Origin: Candidatus Poseidoniaceae archaeon
GTDB lineage: Archaea; Thermoplasmatota; Poseidoniia; Poseidoniales; Poseidoniaceae
Direction: 5' to 3'
Length of the DNA: 64,000 nt
Assembly: GCA_949372645.1 (NCBI GenBank)
Contig: CASIAP010000011.1
Span: 159,006-223,005 of the forward strand
A program made the translations under genes and the position numbers. Under the pieces are notes generated by a model. The model had not been told where the DNA came from and made no database searches. It was given only the letters and a program-made list of their open reading frames with translations. Below are positions 1 to 9,127 of this stretch, piece after piece (position 1 is the stretch's first letter; each line of letters begins with the position of its first letter).

Positions 1-1037
1 TTGATGATCACTGCGAACGGCACTGCAAGAATCATTCCGAGAATACCCCAACCTGCAAAGGAAACTGCCGTTACTAACAGAAGCAGTACTGGAGAAAGGT
101 CGAGTGCTCGACCTGCCCATTTGGTTTCAATAATCTGTCCCCAAATCTGCTGATTAGCAAGAAGTAAGATGACTAACAAAACCAATGTGCTCGGATCGAG
201 TACAATAAGCCCAAGAACAATAGGAGGTATGGTTGCAATCAATGAACCAATATAGGGAACATAATTGAATAAAAAGGTCAGGAGGGCCCAAGTAAACCAC
301 AGGTCGATGCCAAAGGCCAGCATAATCAGGCCAGCACAAAGGGCTGTACCTGCACCAACTCCGGTTTTGACAACGATATAGGTATTGACACTGGCTTCGA
401 TTTTTGAACGTATGATTTGTACCTTTTCGCTACCTCCATCCGGCCATGCCCTTTCGATTCGACCAGGGAGTAAACTCGCTTCAAAAATAATGAAGATGAG
501 AAAGAACATGACTGTGACACTGGTTGTAATGAAACCCCCAACATTCGAGATCATTCCAAATGCAGCATCAGAGATTTTTTGCTCATCTTCGAGTAGACCC
601 ATTGCTGCGAGGTCTTCAACCAAGGTGCTGTCTGTCGCATTAGAATTCTCATTCAACATCGGTCCAAGAAGCGGTGATAGTTTGAGATCACTCCATCTTT
701 CTTCGAGTTTCGTATTGTATAATTCCATTTTCTCTTCATCTTCAACCAAATCACTCGCTTGTTGATAGGCTAGAAACGAAGCTGCAGAAACAATCATGAG
801 GGTGAACAGAACCATTGTCAAATACGATAGAATCAGGGGAAAACCATTGTTTGAGAGCATATCCGAACCAGGCTTGAGGACAAAATAAATTCCAAGAGCA
901 ATAAAAAACGGTTGGAGAACACCCTTGAGGACAATGAGCCAAATAACCATCAAAGTGATGAGTAAAGCGATGTGCGCAAAAGTCGAAACTCTACGATTAA
1001 ACCGTCCGGAATCCCAAGAAGGTGATGCAACTTCCAT
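1..1037 (-). CDS. AI-2E family (PerM/UPF0118-like) membrane transporter, 3' end cut by window edge
   Basis: Absent from the ORF track because it runs off the window. My own translation from ATG (complement of 1035-1037) gives MEVASPSWDSGRFNRR..., with multiple hydrophobic helices and family-typical ..FNYVPYIGSLIATIPPIVLGL.. and ..GWGILGMILAVPFAVII. No in-frame stop down to position 3. Confidence 0.7.
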   Translation of the reverse strand, partial: MEVASPSWDSGRFNRRVSTFAHIALLITLMVIWLIVLKGVLQPFFIALGIYFVLKPGSDMLSNNGFPLILSYLTMVLFTLMIVSAASFLAYQQASDLVEDEEKMELYNTKLEERWSDLKLSPLLGPMLNENSNATDSTLVEDLAAMGLLEDEQKISDAAFGMISNVGGFITTSVTVMFFLIFIIFEASLLPGRIERAWPDGGSEKVQIIRSKIEASVNTYIVVKTGVGAGTALCAGLIMLAFGIDLWFTWALLTFLFNYVPYIGSLIATIPPIVLGLIVLDPSTLVLLVILLLANQQIWGQIIETKWAGRALDLSPVLLLLVTAVSFAGWGILGMILAVPFAVII

Positions 1038-1077
1038 ACTTCATGGGAGGGGTTAGTCCTCTTGAGTGTTTAGGCGA

Positions 1078-2442
1078 CTATTCCTCTCCAACAAGAAGGT
1101 TCTCAGGCTCTTCCTCTAATACAGGTAAACGGAAAGCCAACAGCGAGGCCAAGAGCATCATAATGCCACACAAATGGAATGCTGTATGGTAGTCAAAGGG
1201 CCAATCACCTGTTGCGGTTAAAGTCCACACCAATCCACCTGTGAGTGGGCCCAATATTCGAGCGAAAGCACCCAAGGATTCTTGGGCACCCATGACAATT
1301 CCAAGTTCATACCCATTAGATTTTGCTATTCGAGTCAAAAAGGAAGAGGAAGAGGGTTGAAAGATTCCATTTCCAATGGCAATAAGAATGGCGACAACCA
1401 ATACATGTGCCCATGCACTTTCAGCTTGTGTGTAAGGTACGAGCACTAAACCAAGACCCGTAATGGCACTTGCCATCGGTATCAGACGACGAGAACCAAA
1501 CCGACGTGAAAGCGGGCCAATGAGGAAACCTTGTGTCACAATTCCAGTGATACCAATCATTGCAAAAACACGGCCATTGTCTGCCTCAGAGAATCCAAGT
1601 CCTCCATTGGCAGTACTCATTTCCGTATAGAGAATGAATACAGCATGCATAATCGTAAACCCGAATGTGAATAACATCGAAACCCAAATTACCAATGAAA
1701 TGTTCTTTGCTTTGAGCATTGACGCTGAATTCTTCATAATACCAACCATACCTTTGACCCATGAGGCGGTGTTCTTTTGAGTTCGAGATTCAATTGGGAG
1801 TGATTCTGGGAGTGAACGGAATGCGATGAGTAAAGAAAAAATGGAGAGTAAACTTGCAACTACGCACGGTAGAAGATATGGATGGGTATCGAAAATTGTG
1901 TTTTGAAACAAATCCCACCGTGCTGCAGGGTTTGACAACTCTCCTCCGATAAAGGGACCAAAGGTAAAACCAAGGCCAAATGCTGCACCTATGATGCCCA
2001 TTCGAGTTGCCAGTTGTTGAGGTGTACTGACGTCTCCAATGTAGGCACGTGCAACGGCAATGTTGCCGTTGAAGACACCTGCGAGGAATCGAGCGATAAA
2101 AGCAATGATAAGCGTATTTGCAAGACCAAACATGGTGAAGAATACAGTATTACCAACCAATCCAACCATCAATACAGGACGTCGCCCAATTCGGTCGGAA
2201 AGTGAGCCCCAAAACGGTGCGAATAAGAATTGTGCTGCTGAATACGAAGTCATGAGTAAACCAACCCAGAGGCCAATGTTTGCTGTTTGATTGGCAGGGG
2301 TCAAATCTTCAACCAAGTACGTCAAGAAGGGAATAACAATTCCGAAACCAATGAGATCGATCATTGTTACAAGAAAAAGAACCAGTAATGCCCCTTTACT
2401 GGCATCACGAACCACTGAAGGCTCAATTGAAGTCTCATTCAT
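1078..2442 (-). CDS. MFS transporter (drug/H+ antiporter-like)
   Basis: 454-aa ORF with about 12 hydrophobic segments and MFS motif A (GSLSDRIGRRPVL) between TM2 and TM3. Confidence 0.85.
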   Translation of the reverse strand: MNETSIEPSVVRDASKGALLVLFLVTMIDLIGFGIVIPFLTYLVEDLTPANQTANIGLWVGLLMTSYSAAQFLFAPFWGSLSDRIGRRPVLMVGLVGNTVFFTMFGLANTLIIAFIARFLAGVFNGNIAVARAYIGDVSTPQQLATRMGIIGAAFGLGFTFGPFIGGELSNPAARWDLFQNTIFDTHPYLLPCVVASLLSIFSLLIAFRSLPESLPIESRTQKNTASWVKGMVGIMKNSASMLKAKNISLVIWVSMLFTFGFTIMHAVFILYTEMSTANGGLGFSEADNGRVFAMIGITGIVTQGFLIGPLSRRFGSRRLIPMASAITGLGLVLVPYTQAESAWAHVLVVAILIAIGNGIFQPSSSSFLTRIAKSNGYELGIVMGAQESLGAFARILGPLTGGLVWTLTATGDWPFDYHTAFHLCGIMMLLASLLAFRLPVLEEEPENLLVGEE

Positions 2443-2517
2443 ATTATCACAACCACATTTTTTAGTATGCCATGTCTTACTTTCAAGCGATAGAATCAGA
2501 TTCTACCCCGAATCTGT

Positions 2518-4593
2518 TCAAGCAGAAGTGGTTTTGCTTGAAAGGGGGGTCAGACGATCGATAACTGCGCCAAGACGTTCGACTAAGCCCTCTTTCCCTG
2601 CATGCTTGATGAGAGCAAATTCCATTACTTCGTCGAGTGAATCAACAGGGACTACAGTCACCATCTTGTCGTATTTCTCATCCAAGAGAACATCTTGCAT
2701 ATTGGCTCGTGGAATCACAATAGTTTTGATTCCAGAACGTGCAGCTGCCTCAATCTTTGCCGTAACACCGCCGATTGGTAATACTTCACCACGAACCGAA
2801 AGAGAACCTGTCATAGCTACATTTTGATGAATCGGAATGTTTTCAAGAGCAGATATAATTGCAGTTGCAATAGTAATTGATGCGGAATCGCCATCGACTC
2901 CATGGGTATCTACAAATTGAATGTGAATATCATAATCGGAGATATTCTTTCCAGTTAATTTCTTAATCACAGCACTCACATTCGTCACACTTTCCTTTGC
3001 GAGATCGGAAAGACCGCCAGTAGCATGGATTTTCCCACCTCCACCTTGCGAGGGGGTGACAAGTGCTTCGACTGGGAGCATAATTCCGCTGAAGTCTGAA
3101 AGTCCTGAATTCGCACCAAGAACGGCAAGTCCATTCACTCGACCAACACGCTCACCAGAATTGACGACCATTGCGTAATCTTGACGTCGTTCGATCATTC
3201 GGTCAGCAACTTGTTGTTCGAGCGGCTTAGCAATGTTACGTGCACCCAAAACATGAGCTGCAGTAGCAATACCAGCACCTTCTTCCATGGCCAAGTCTCC
3301 TGCAATTCGCACTAATCCACCGAGTTCACGCAATCGAAGTGAAAGCTTTCCACGACGACCAGCACGCCGTTGAGCTTCACGGAGAATAATGGCGACTGCA
3401 GATTTATCAAAGTGAGGAATTTCACGTGAAGTACCAATATCTCGGCGAACTTCTTGTGCAATAAATCGAATGAGGCGGCGGCGGTTACGAGCGGTATCTG
3501 GCATTTCCGAATTCACATACACCTCATATCCATAGCCACGAATACGACTACGAAGGGCAGGGTGCATACCTTGAATTGCATCCAAATTACCAGCAGCAAT
3601 TAATATGAAATCGCAGGGAACTGGTTCGGTCTTGGTCAATGCTCCCGAGGAACGCTCGGAACGACCTGAAATTGGGAAAGCACGCTCTTGCATGGCGGTA
3701 AGCAAGGCTTGTTGTTCTTCGAGTCGCAAGAGATTAACTTCATCGATGTAAAGAACACCTTTGTGAGCACGATGAATTGCACCAGGTTCAACACGGTCAT
3801 GCGCTGGAGTTTCCATCCCACCTGATTGAAAAGGATCGTGACGAACGTCCCCGAGAAGTGAACCGGAGAGTGTAGCAGTTGCATCGACAAATGGTGGTAA
3901 TTCTTTGCTGTTATGTTTAACCAAGACTTTTGGAATTCGGCTTTCATCACCTGAACTTAAACGTCCACGAATGAACATGTAACCGAACATGAGAATAAAT
4001 CCACCAAACAGTAAAGTGAGAATGTCTCCGCTTTGAATGGTTGCGATGACAAGAAGAAAACCGACTGCTGCAAATGCAATGAGGAGCATCTTTTGTGACC
4101 GTTCTCTTTGCGTACGCATCGATTCCTTCTGTAACTTCACAATTCGTTCTCCACGACCAGCGGGAACCGAACGAACACGTGGCTCGTTCTCATCGTCTTC
4201 ATTCGGATAAACAAGAAGGTCTTCGAGAGATTCTTTGGGGAGAAGGTCAGTCATTGAGCGGGCAAGCATTGACTTCCCGGTCCCGGGGTCACCAATCATG
4301 AGCATGTGTCGGCGTTGTTCTGCAGCTTTTTTGATGACGACAGAGCCTGCTTCTTGACCGATAACTTGATCGACGAGGCGATCGGGAATGGGTACGTCCT
4401 CTGTTGAAGTAAAATCGACGGATTCAATCCACTCTTCAACACTCAGCGAAAGAATACTATCCGAATCAGGACCTGGTTCTGGAGCCCAAATAGTAACTTC
4501 TTCGATGACTTCCGGAGCTGTTGAGTTCTCATCAACTAGCACATTGTCTCCCTCGATGGAGGGCGAATCTGCAGTCACATCTGTGTCGCTCAT
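2518..4593 (-). CDS. lonB: Archaeal membrane-bound ATP-dependent Lon protease (LonB)
   Basis: Walker [10 protein letters not shown]. Two TM helices inserted in the AAA+ module ([17 protein letters not shown] / [15 protein letters not shown]). C-terminal Lon protease domain with Ser context [11 protein letters not shown]. No LonA-type N domain. Confidence 0.9.
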   Translation of the reverse strand: MSDTDVTADSPSIEGDNVLVDENSTAPEVIEEVTIWAPEPGPDSDSILSLSVEEWIESVDFTSTEDVPIPDRLVDQVIGQEAGSVVIKKAAEQRRHMLMIGDPGTGKSMLARSMTDLLPKESLEDLLVYPNEDDENEPRVRSVPAGRGERIVKLQKESMRTQRERSQKMLLIAFAAVGFLLVIATIQSGDILTLLFGGFILMFGYMFIRGRLSSGDESRIPKVLVKHNSKELPPFVDATATLSGSLLGDVRHDPFQSGGMETPAHDRVEPGAIHRAHKGVLYIDEVNLLRLEEQQALLTAMQERAFPISGRSERSSGALTKTEPVPCDFILIAAGNLDAIQGMHPALRSRIRGYGYEVYVNSEMPDTARNRRRLIRFIAQEVRRDIGTSREIPHFDKSAVAIILREAQRRAGRRGKLSLRLRELGGLVRIAGDLAMEEGAGIATAAHVLGARNIAKPLEQQVADRMIERRQDYAMVVNSGERVGRVNGLAVLGANSGLSDFSGIMLPVEALVTPSQGGGGKIHATGGLSDLAKESVTNVSAVIKKLTGKNISDYDIHIQFVDTHGVDGDSASITIATAIISALENIPIHQNVAMTGSLSVRGEVLPIGGVTAKIEAAARSGIKTIVIPRANMQDVLLDEKYDKMVTVVPVDSLDEVMEFALIKHAGKEGLVERLGAVIDRLTPLSSKTTSA

Positions 4594-4676
4594 AGATATC
4601 CCTCCGCGTCGCTCCCCTTTATGGGTTTACAATTCGACCCATGATGAACATGAGTCAAAATCACCTCATTCAAACC

Positions 4677-7600
4677 TCAAAGAGTTCCATCGAGATATTG
4701 TTGGCCGTAGTAAGCCCATTGTTCCATAGTCCATCCCGCAGGAAGTCCGCTCAGGGGCAATGGTGGGCCAGCTAGTGGAACTGCTGGGGCAGGAATTGCA
4801 ACAGGTTGTTGGAAAAGACTTTGACTACCCCCATACATCGAATTAGCGACTGAGTCAGCGGCAGGAACCATGTTTGGGTTCCATCCGGTGTCATTCCATT
4901 CATCGATCTTTACATCATCCTTATTCCGACGAGTGATGAGCAATGTGAGCAAAACACCAACAAGAATAACTCCTGCAATAATACCGATCACCATTATGTT
5001 TAATTCACTCGATTCCGAAAGTGATATTGTGGATGATTCTGAATTATCAACGCAAGTTGCACGTGGATCTACACAAGCGAGTTCGAGTTCTGCCTCAACT
5101 TCTGAGAGTTTACCTTCGAGAGAAGTTGTATCCTCCTCAACTGCAGCATCATCAATTTGTGTAGTAAGTTCGATTTTTTCTGCAGTCAAATCGTCGATAT
5201 AGCTCTCAAGCAATTGGTCCGACATATCTTCAATAGCAGGGAGGCTTTCGGTAATATCCCACTTGAAAATTGACATGGTTTTGTACTTCGAAGATGCGTC
5301 TTCTGCTGCAATCGACAACGCGTAATAATCCATGAACTTAGACCCGTCTTCACGAGCAAATGCGCCAGCAGCAATAACCGAAGGGATTTCCAATTCGGTG
5401 CTCCAACTCCCAGTAGACATGTCTAAGTTCTCTTTCAAAATACCATCACAGGTCCCTGTCAAAGCATTGCATACATTCCATGTTACATTGATACTCGTAA
5501 AGCTCGGTGCGTTAGGAGTAAGTGCCATTGACACTGTTGGAGTTTGACCAATGTATGTGTCTTCGAGACCGACATATAGGTGTCCACTTCCATCATTCAA
5601 TTTCGAGACTTCGAATGAAAGCGAGTCGATGACATTGACGTTCATCACGTAGATTTTCGTATCATACTTGTCCTGAACTGAAATAGTTACGGTTTGCATC
5701 CCTAAGGTTTCAAACTGCAGCGTAAGGAATCCATCGAGGAAACTATATCGCGCAGCCCCTGGTTCCGAGGATGTAACGGTGATGAATGCTTCAGAGGAAG
5801 GATTGTCCACATCAACAACACGGCTGGAAAGGTCAAAAGAGAATTCCTGAGACCGTTTCAAGTCATCAAGTAATTCGAGGTTGCAGGGGTCAAAGTTTTC
5901 ACCTAACTCAGTGTTATCACAATCGGTGTTGTAGAAAGGAGAAATTCGAGGAGCATCGTTAATCGGCTGAATATTAATTGTGAGAGTCGCCTCGGATGTT
6001 TTCTCTCCATCACTAGCACGAATGGTGAGGATTGTTACACCGTTTACGTCATCATCTATTGTTTGAAAACCAATGGTTTTTCCAGTGAGCGTGGCTTCAA
6101 TAGCACCTTCGTTTGAATTACTAATCAGTTCAAGAGTTAATTGGCTAGCGTCCACAGATTGCCCAGTGTTGTCGGTATCGGTCAAAAAGGGTAGAAGTGC
6201 CAGTATACCGTTTCCACCTTCAGCAATGGTCTGTGACGGCAATCCCATCCATCGTGGTTGTCCATTCTCGACCACGTTGAAATGTAAAGTTCCGTAAGGG
6301 AGTTGACCCGATTCGGAATAATCTCCACCATCATCGATTTCGATCTCAATACTTTGTTGGCCAAGTGAACAACCGTTAATTTCGCTCCATTGGAATTTAA
6401 CTTCTAATTCCTTCGAAGTTGGGTGCCATGCGACAAATGAGTCATCAGAGGACGTTACGATCAGATCTTGGAGAGGGGTCTCCGGATCTACGATGTGTCC
6501 AACCATGGAAACATTCGTGAGGGTGTCGCACATTACAGATGGAATTGGGTCAGTAATCACTTGCGGCATACCGTTTTGAAGTTCAAATCCAGAGCTTCCA
6601 GTGATGCTCATCCATGAACCTGTTTGTCCACGGGAGTCAATAGCTTGTATCCGGACATCATACCATCCTGCAGACATAGCCGCAGATGGTGTAATGGTGT
6701 ATTCACGGCCTTCGTTCGGTGAGCCCAAGCTCACAACATTTTGACCACCAGATACAACTGAACTGAACCATTGGTCAAGGCCAGTAGGCGATACTTCCAC
6801 ATTAAAAGTTGTAGAAGTAACATCGTCGACGAAGTCATTGGTATTGCTGGTATCAGATTTCGCAAGTACAATTGCCGTAGAACCGCGCTCTACCAACTGT
6901 TCCCCAACTATTTGCGGGCTTTTGGTGATTGGTGGACGGTCATGGTTGAAGTCAAGAGTTGCTTGATTGTTATTCGAACTACTGTCACCGACAAGGCCCG
7001 TAATACGAGCGCCGAAGGTTTTCGTGTATTCTCCTTCAGGATAGTTGGTGGAATCAAGATCTACCGAAAGAGTCATTGTATTTGCACCAACAACAGGTAA
7101 AGTTCCGACTGAAGCACTCTTCACTACAACTGGATTATTGTTTTCAAGATAGTAAAGCTCAACTGTTCCGGCATCAGTATAATCGACATCGCCTACGTTC
7201 TTAACGGTCGCATCTAAAGTCAGAGTATCGCCACGAACATAGCCGGCCGAACTTGCAGGGTTGTTAACGGTGAAACTGGTGACGCCAATGTCGATCTTAG
7301 GCCCCATGTGCGAATCACTTGCCGATAGCACGCCACGATTTGTGGTATGGTCGCCATCAAGCAGTGCTCCGACTGTAAGGAAGTTTTCAGCAGCAGTTAC
7401 ACCACCACCTGCTCGAACAGTCGAAATTGGCTTCGACCAAGATTTTGTAACTGAGTTGCCAGAGGTGAGTGTGACAGATTCAAAGCCAGTGCCTGCGGAG
7501 TTTAACAACCAATCCTGCCAAACATGGTGAGGGTAAGGGTTAGGGCTACCACTGTATGCTTCTGGGGAAGTAGCTTCAGTCACTGCTGCATAGATGTATA

Positions 7601-8159
7601 CAGTTTTTGATCCAGATCCGGTGTATGTTGCAGTAATGTCAATATCCATATTGTTTCCGTTCTCTGACTGTACGACCCTCATGGAGTAGTCATTTGGATT
7701 GGACATATCGCCGCCGGTCTCATATAAACTAGCTACATCTCTGTTGCTTGTATAATATGTAGTATCGGACACGTCGGCGTCACCGTATACAGAAGTCGGA
7801 AAGTAAGTGGGACTGATATGGGCTCTTCTGTTGATTGGCCCATCTGCTGGCCATCCAGTAGTAGCGGACTCCCAGAAGGAAACATAAGTAAAGTCTTCAG
7901 ATTGGCTGCCGCCTCCACCATTTGTTCCATAAACACTGTGAAGGTTCGCTGACATCGAATGGCATGGTCCGCACCAATGTGCTCCAACATACTCAGTGAA
8001 AACAGGGTGACCAGGGCTTGTTGCCTCCATTTGTACTGAGTCATCTGCTAATTCATTAACGGAGTTCTCTTCTTGTGCTATTAGTCCGCTAAGAGAAGCA
8101 AAGATACTCAAAAGCATCAATGCTACAAGTGAAAATGCATACATACGCGTGGTCTTCAT
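4677..8159 (-). CDS. Large type-I surface protein: signal peptide, thioredoxin-like WCGPC domain, CARDB/Ig- and cadherin-like repeats, TM anchor, Pro/Trp-rich cytoplasmic tail
   Basis: 1160-aa ORF. N-terminal MKTTRMYAFSLVALMLLSIFASLSG; WCGPC at aa 62-66 (nt 7962-7976, checked on the DNA); CARDB-like VKNVGDVDY segment; cadherin-like ..INDAPRI..; single C-terminal helix IMVIGIIAGVILVGVLLTLLI followed by an 84-aa tail. Confidence 0.75.
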   Translation of the reverse strand: MKTTRMYAFSLVALMLLSIFASLSGLIAQEENSVNELADDSVQMEATSPGHPVFTEYVGAHWCGPCHSMSANLHSVYGTNGGGGSQSEDFTYVSFWESATTGWPADGPINRRAHISPTYFPTSVYGDADVSDTTYYTSNRDVASLYETGGDMSNPNDYSMRVVQSENGNNMDIDITATYTGSGSKTVYIYAAVTEATSPEAYSGSPNPYPHHVWQDWLLNSAGTGFESVTLTSGNSVTKSWSKPISTVRAGGGVTAAENFLTVGALLDGDHTTNRGVLSASDSHMGPKIDIGVTSFTVNNPASSAGYVRGDTLTLDATVKNVGDVDYTDAGTVELYYLENNNPVVVKSASVGTLPVVGANTMTLSVDLDSTNYPEGEYTKTFGARITGLVGDSSSNNNQATLDFNHDRPPITKSPQIVGEQLVERGSTAIVLAKSDTSNTNDFVDDVTSTTFNVEVSPTGLDQWFSSVVSGGQNVVSLGSPNEGREYTITPSAAMSAGWYDVRIQAIDSRGQTGSWMSITGSSGFELQNGMPQVITDPIPSVMCDTLTNVSMVGHIVDPETPLQDLIVTSSDDSFVAWHPTSKELEVKFQWSEINGCSLGQQSIEIEIDDGGDYSESGQLPYGTLHFNVVENGQPRWMGLPSQTIAEGGNGILALLPFLTDTDNTGQSVDASQLTLELISNSNEGAIEATLTGKTIGFQTIDDDVNGVTILTIRASDGEKTSEATLTINIQPINDAPRISPFYNTDCDNTELGENFDPCNLELLDDLKRSQEFSFDLSSRVVDVDNPSSEAFITVTSSEPGAARYSFLDGFLTLQFETLGMQTVTISVQDKYDTKIYVMNVNVIDSLSFEVSKLNDGSGHLYVGLEDTYIGQTPTVSMALTPNAPSFTSINVTWNVCNALTGTCDGILKENLDMSTGSWSTELEIPSVIAAGAFAREDGSKFMDYYALSIAAEDASSKYKTMSIFKWDITESLPAIEDMSDQLLESYIDDLTAEKIELTTQIDDAAVEEDTTSLEGKLSEVEAELELACVDPRATCVDNSESSTISLSESSELNIMVIGIIAGVILVGVLLTLLITRRNKDDVKIDEWNDTGWNPNMVPAADSVANSMYGGSQSLFQQPVAIPAPAVPLAGPPLPLSGLPAGWTMEQWAYYGQQYLDGTL

Positions 8160-8230
8160 GAACTTTGGTTAATTACATAGTATTTGAAACTGTCCAGCAA
8201 TCGTGCTTTTTCAGGCTAAAGAGAATTCAA

Positions 8231-8251
8231 ATTTCAAAGGCCATTTGAAAT
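8231..8251. promoter_or_regulatory. Inverted repeat ATTTCAAA-N5-TTTGAAAT in a divergent intergenic region
   Basis: Perfect 8-bp arms read directly (8231-8238 / 8244-8251). A third ATTTGAAA copy lies at 8182-8189. Located between the divergently transcribed surface-protein gene and trmI. Confidence 0.35.
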
Positions 8252-8308
8252 AGTAATATACCACTCTACATCTGTTAGAAAATCAGTTGGAAAGGTCCAA
8301 CAACAAGG

Positions 8309-8314
8309 TTTAGA
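8309..8314 (+). promoter_or_regulatory. TATA-like box (TTTAGA) about 27 nt upstream of the trmI ATG, implying a leaderless mRNA
   Basis: TTTAGA is centred about 26-27 nt before ATG 8338 with no SD-like motif in between. Archaeal TATA boxes sit about 26-27 nt upstream of the TSS. Confidence 0.35.
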
Positions 8315-8337
8315 CCATAGAAAGCCTGGCCGAGATT

Positions 8338-9126
8338 ATGAACCCACCACCATGGTATGCTTTTCTCGAAAAAGACGGCAAAATCCACATTATCGAGATG
8401 ATTACCGGTGTACGTAAAATCAAGGGACTCGGCGTATTAGACGCCATCGATACTTTTTCTCAAATAGAATACGGTGAAGAAGTATTGGTTGGGCAGAAGG
8501 TTTTGACTCGTGTGCCGATGCGATTACCAGAGATGTCCAAGGGCATGCTTCGTCGTGCCCAGACAATCAGTGCTAAGGATGCTGGTTTCATCACTTCCCG
8601 ACTTGGCATCGGTCCAAATGACCGTGTTCTTGAAGCAGGCATAGGAAGCGGCGGACTTTCGATGTATATTGCGAGAGTACTGGGCAATTCAGGAGTTCAT
8701 GTTACGGTTGAGCCACGAAATGAACACGCTGAAGTCGCATTGGAAAATTTGAGACGAGCCCGTGAAGCATGGACTGAGTTTCCGACACATTACCATGTTG
8801 AAGGCGCAATTGAAGATGTCGTTGAGACCATTCGAGGTTTTTCCACCACTTTTGATGGGATTATTCTTGATCTACCCGAACATACAAGTGCCATCAACGC
8901 CGTTGCTTCACTCCTTGACATTGGTGGAAGAATGGTATGCTACTGCCCAGTTACGAGCCAACTCGAAGCGGCTTGGGTCGCCTGTGAAGAAGCTGGTTTT
9001 GAAATCGAATGGGCAGGAGAACTCATTGAACGGCAATGGGGCAAGGCATCAAAAGGAGGCGTAAGGCCAGTCAACGGACCATTCGGCCACACTGCTTTCT
9101 TACTCGTAGCGTATCGAAGAAACTAA
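8338..9126 (+). CDS. trmI: tRNA (adenine-N1)-methyltransferase TrmI (GCD14 family)
   Basis: SAM motif LEAGIGSGGLS, RRAQTISAKDAG segment, C-terminal RPV..GHTAFLLVAYR typical of TrmI/GCD14. Confidence 0.8.
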   Translation: MNPPPWYAFLEKDGKIHIIEMITGVRKIKGLGVLDAIDTFSQIEYGEEVLVGQKVLTRVPMRLPEMSKGMLRRAQTISAKDAGFITSRLGIGPNDRVLEAGIGSGGLSMYIARVLGNSGVHVTVEPRNEHAEVALENLRRAREAWTEFPTHYHVEGAIEDVVETIRGFSTTFDGIILDLPEHTSAINAVASLLDIGGRMVCYCPVTSQLEAAWVACEEAGFEIEWAGELIERQWGKASKGGVRPVNGPFGHTAFLLVAYRRN

Positions 9127-9127
9127 T

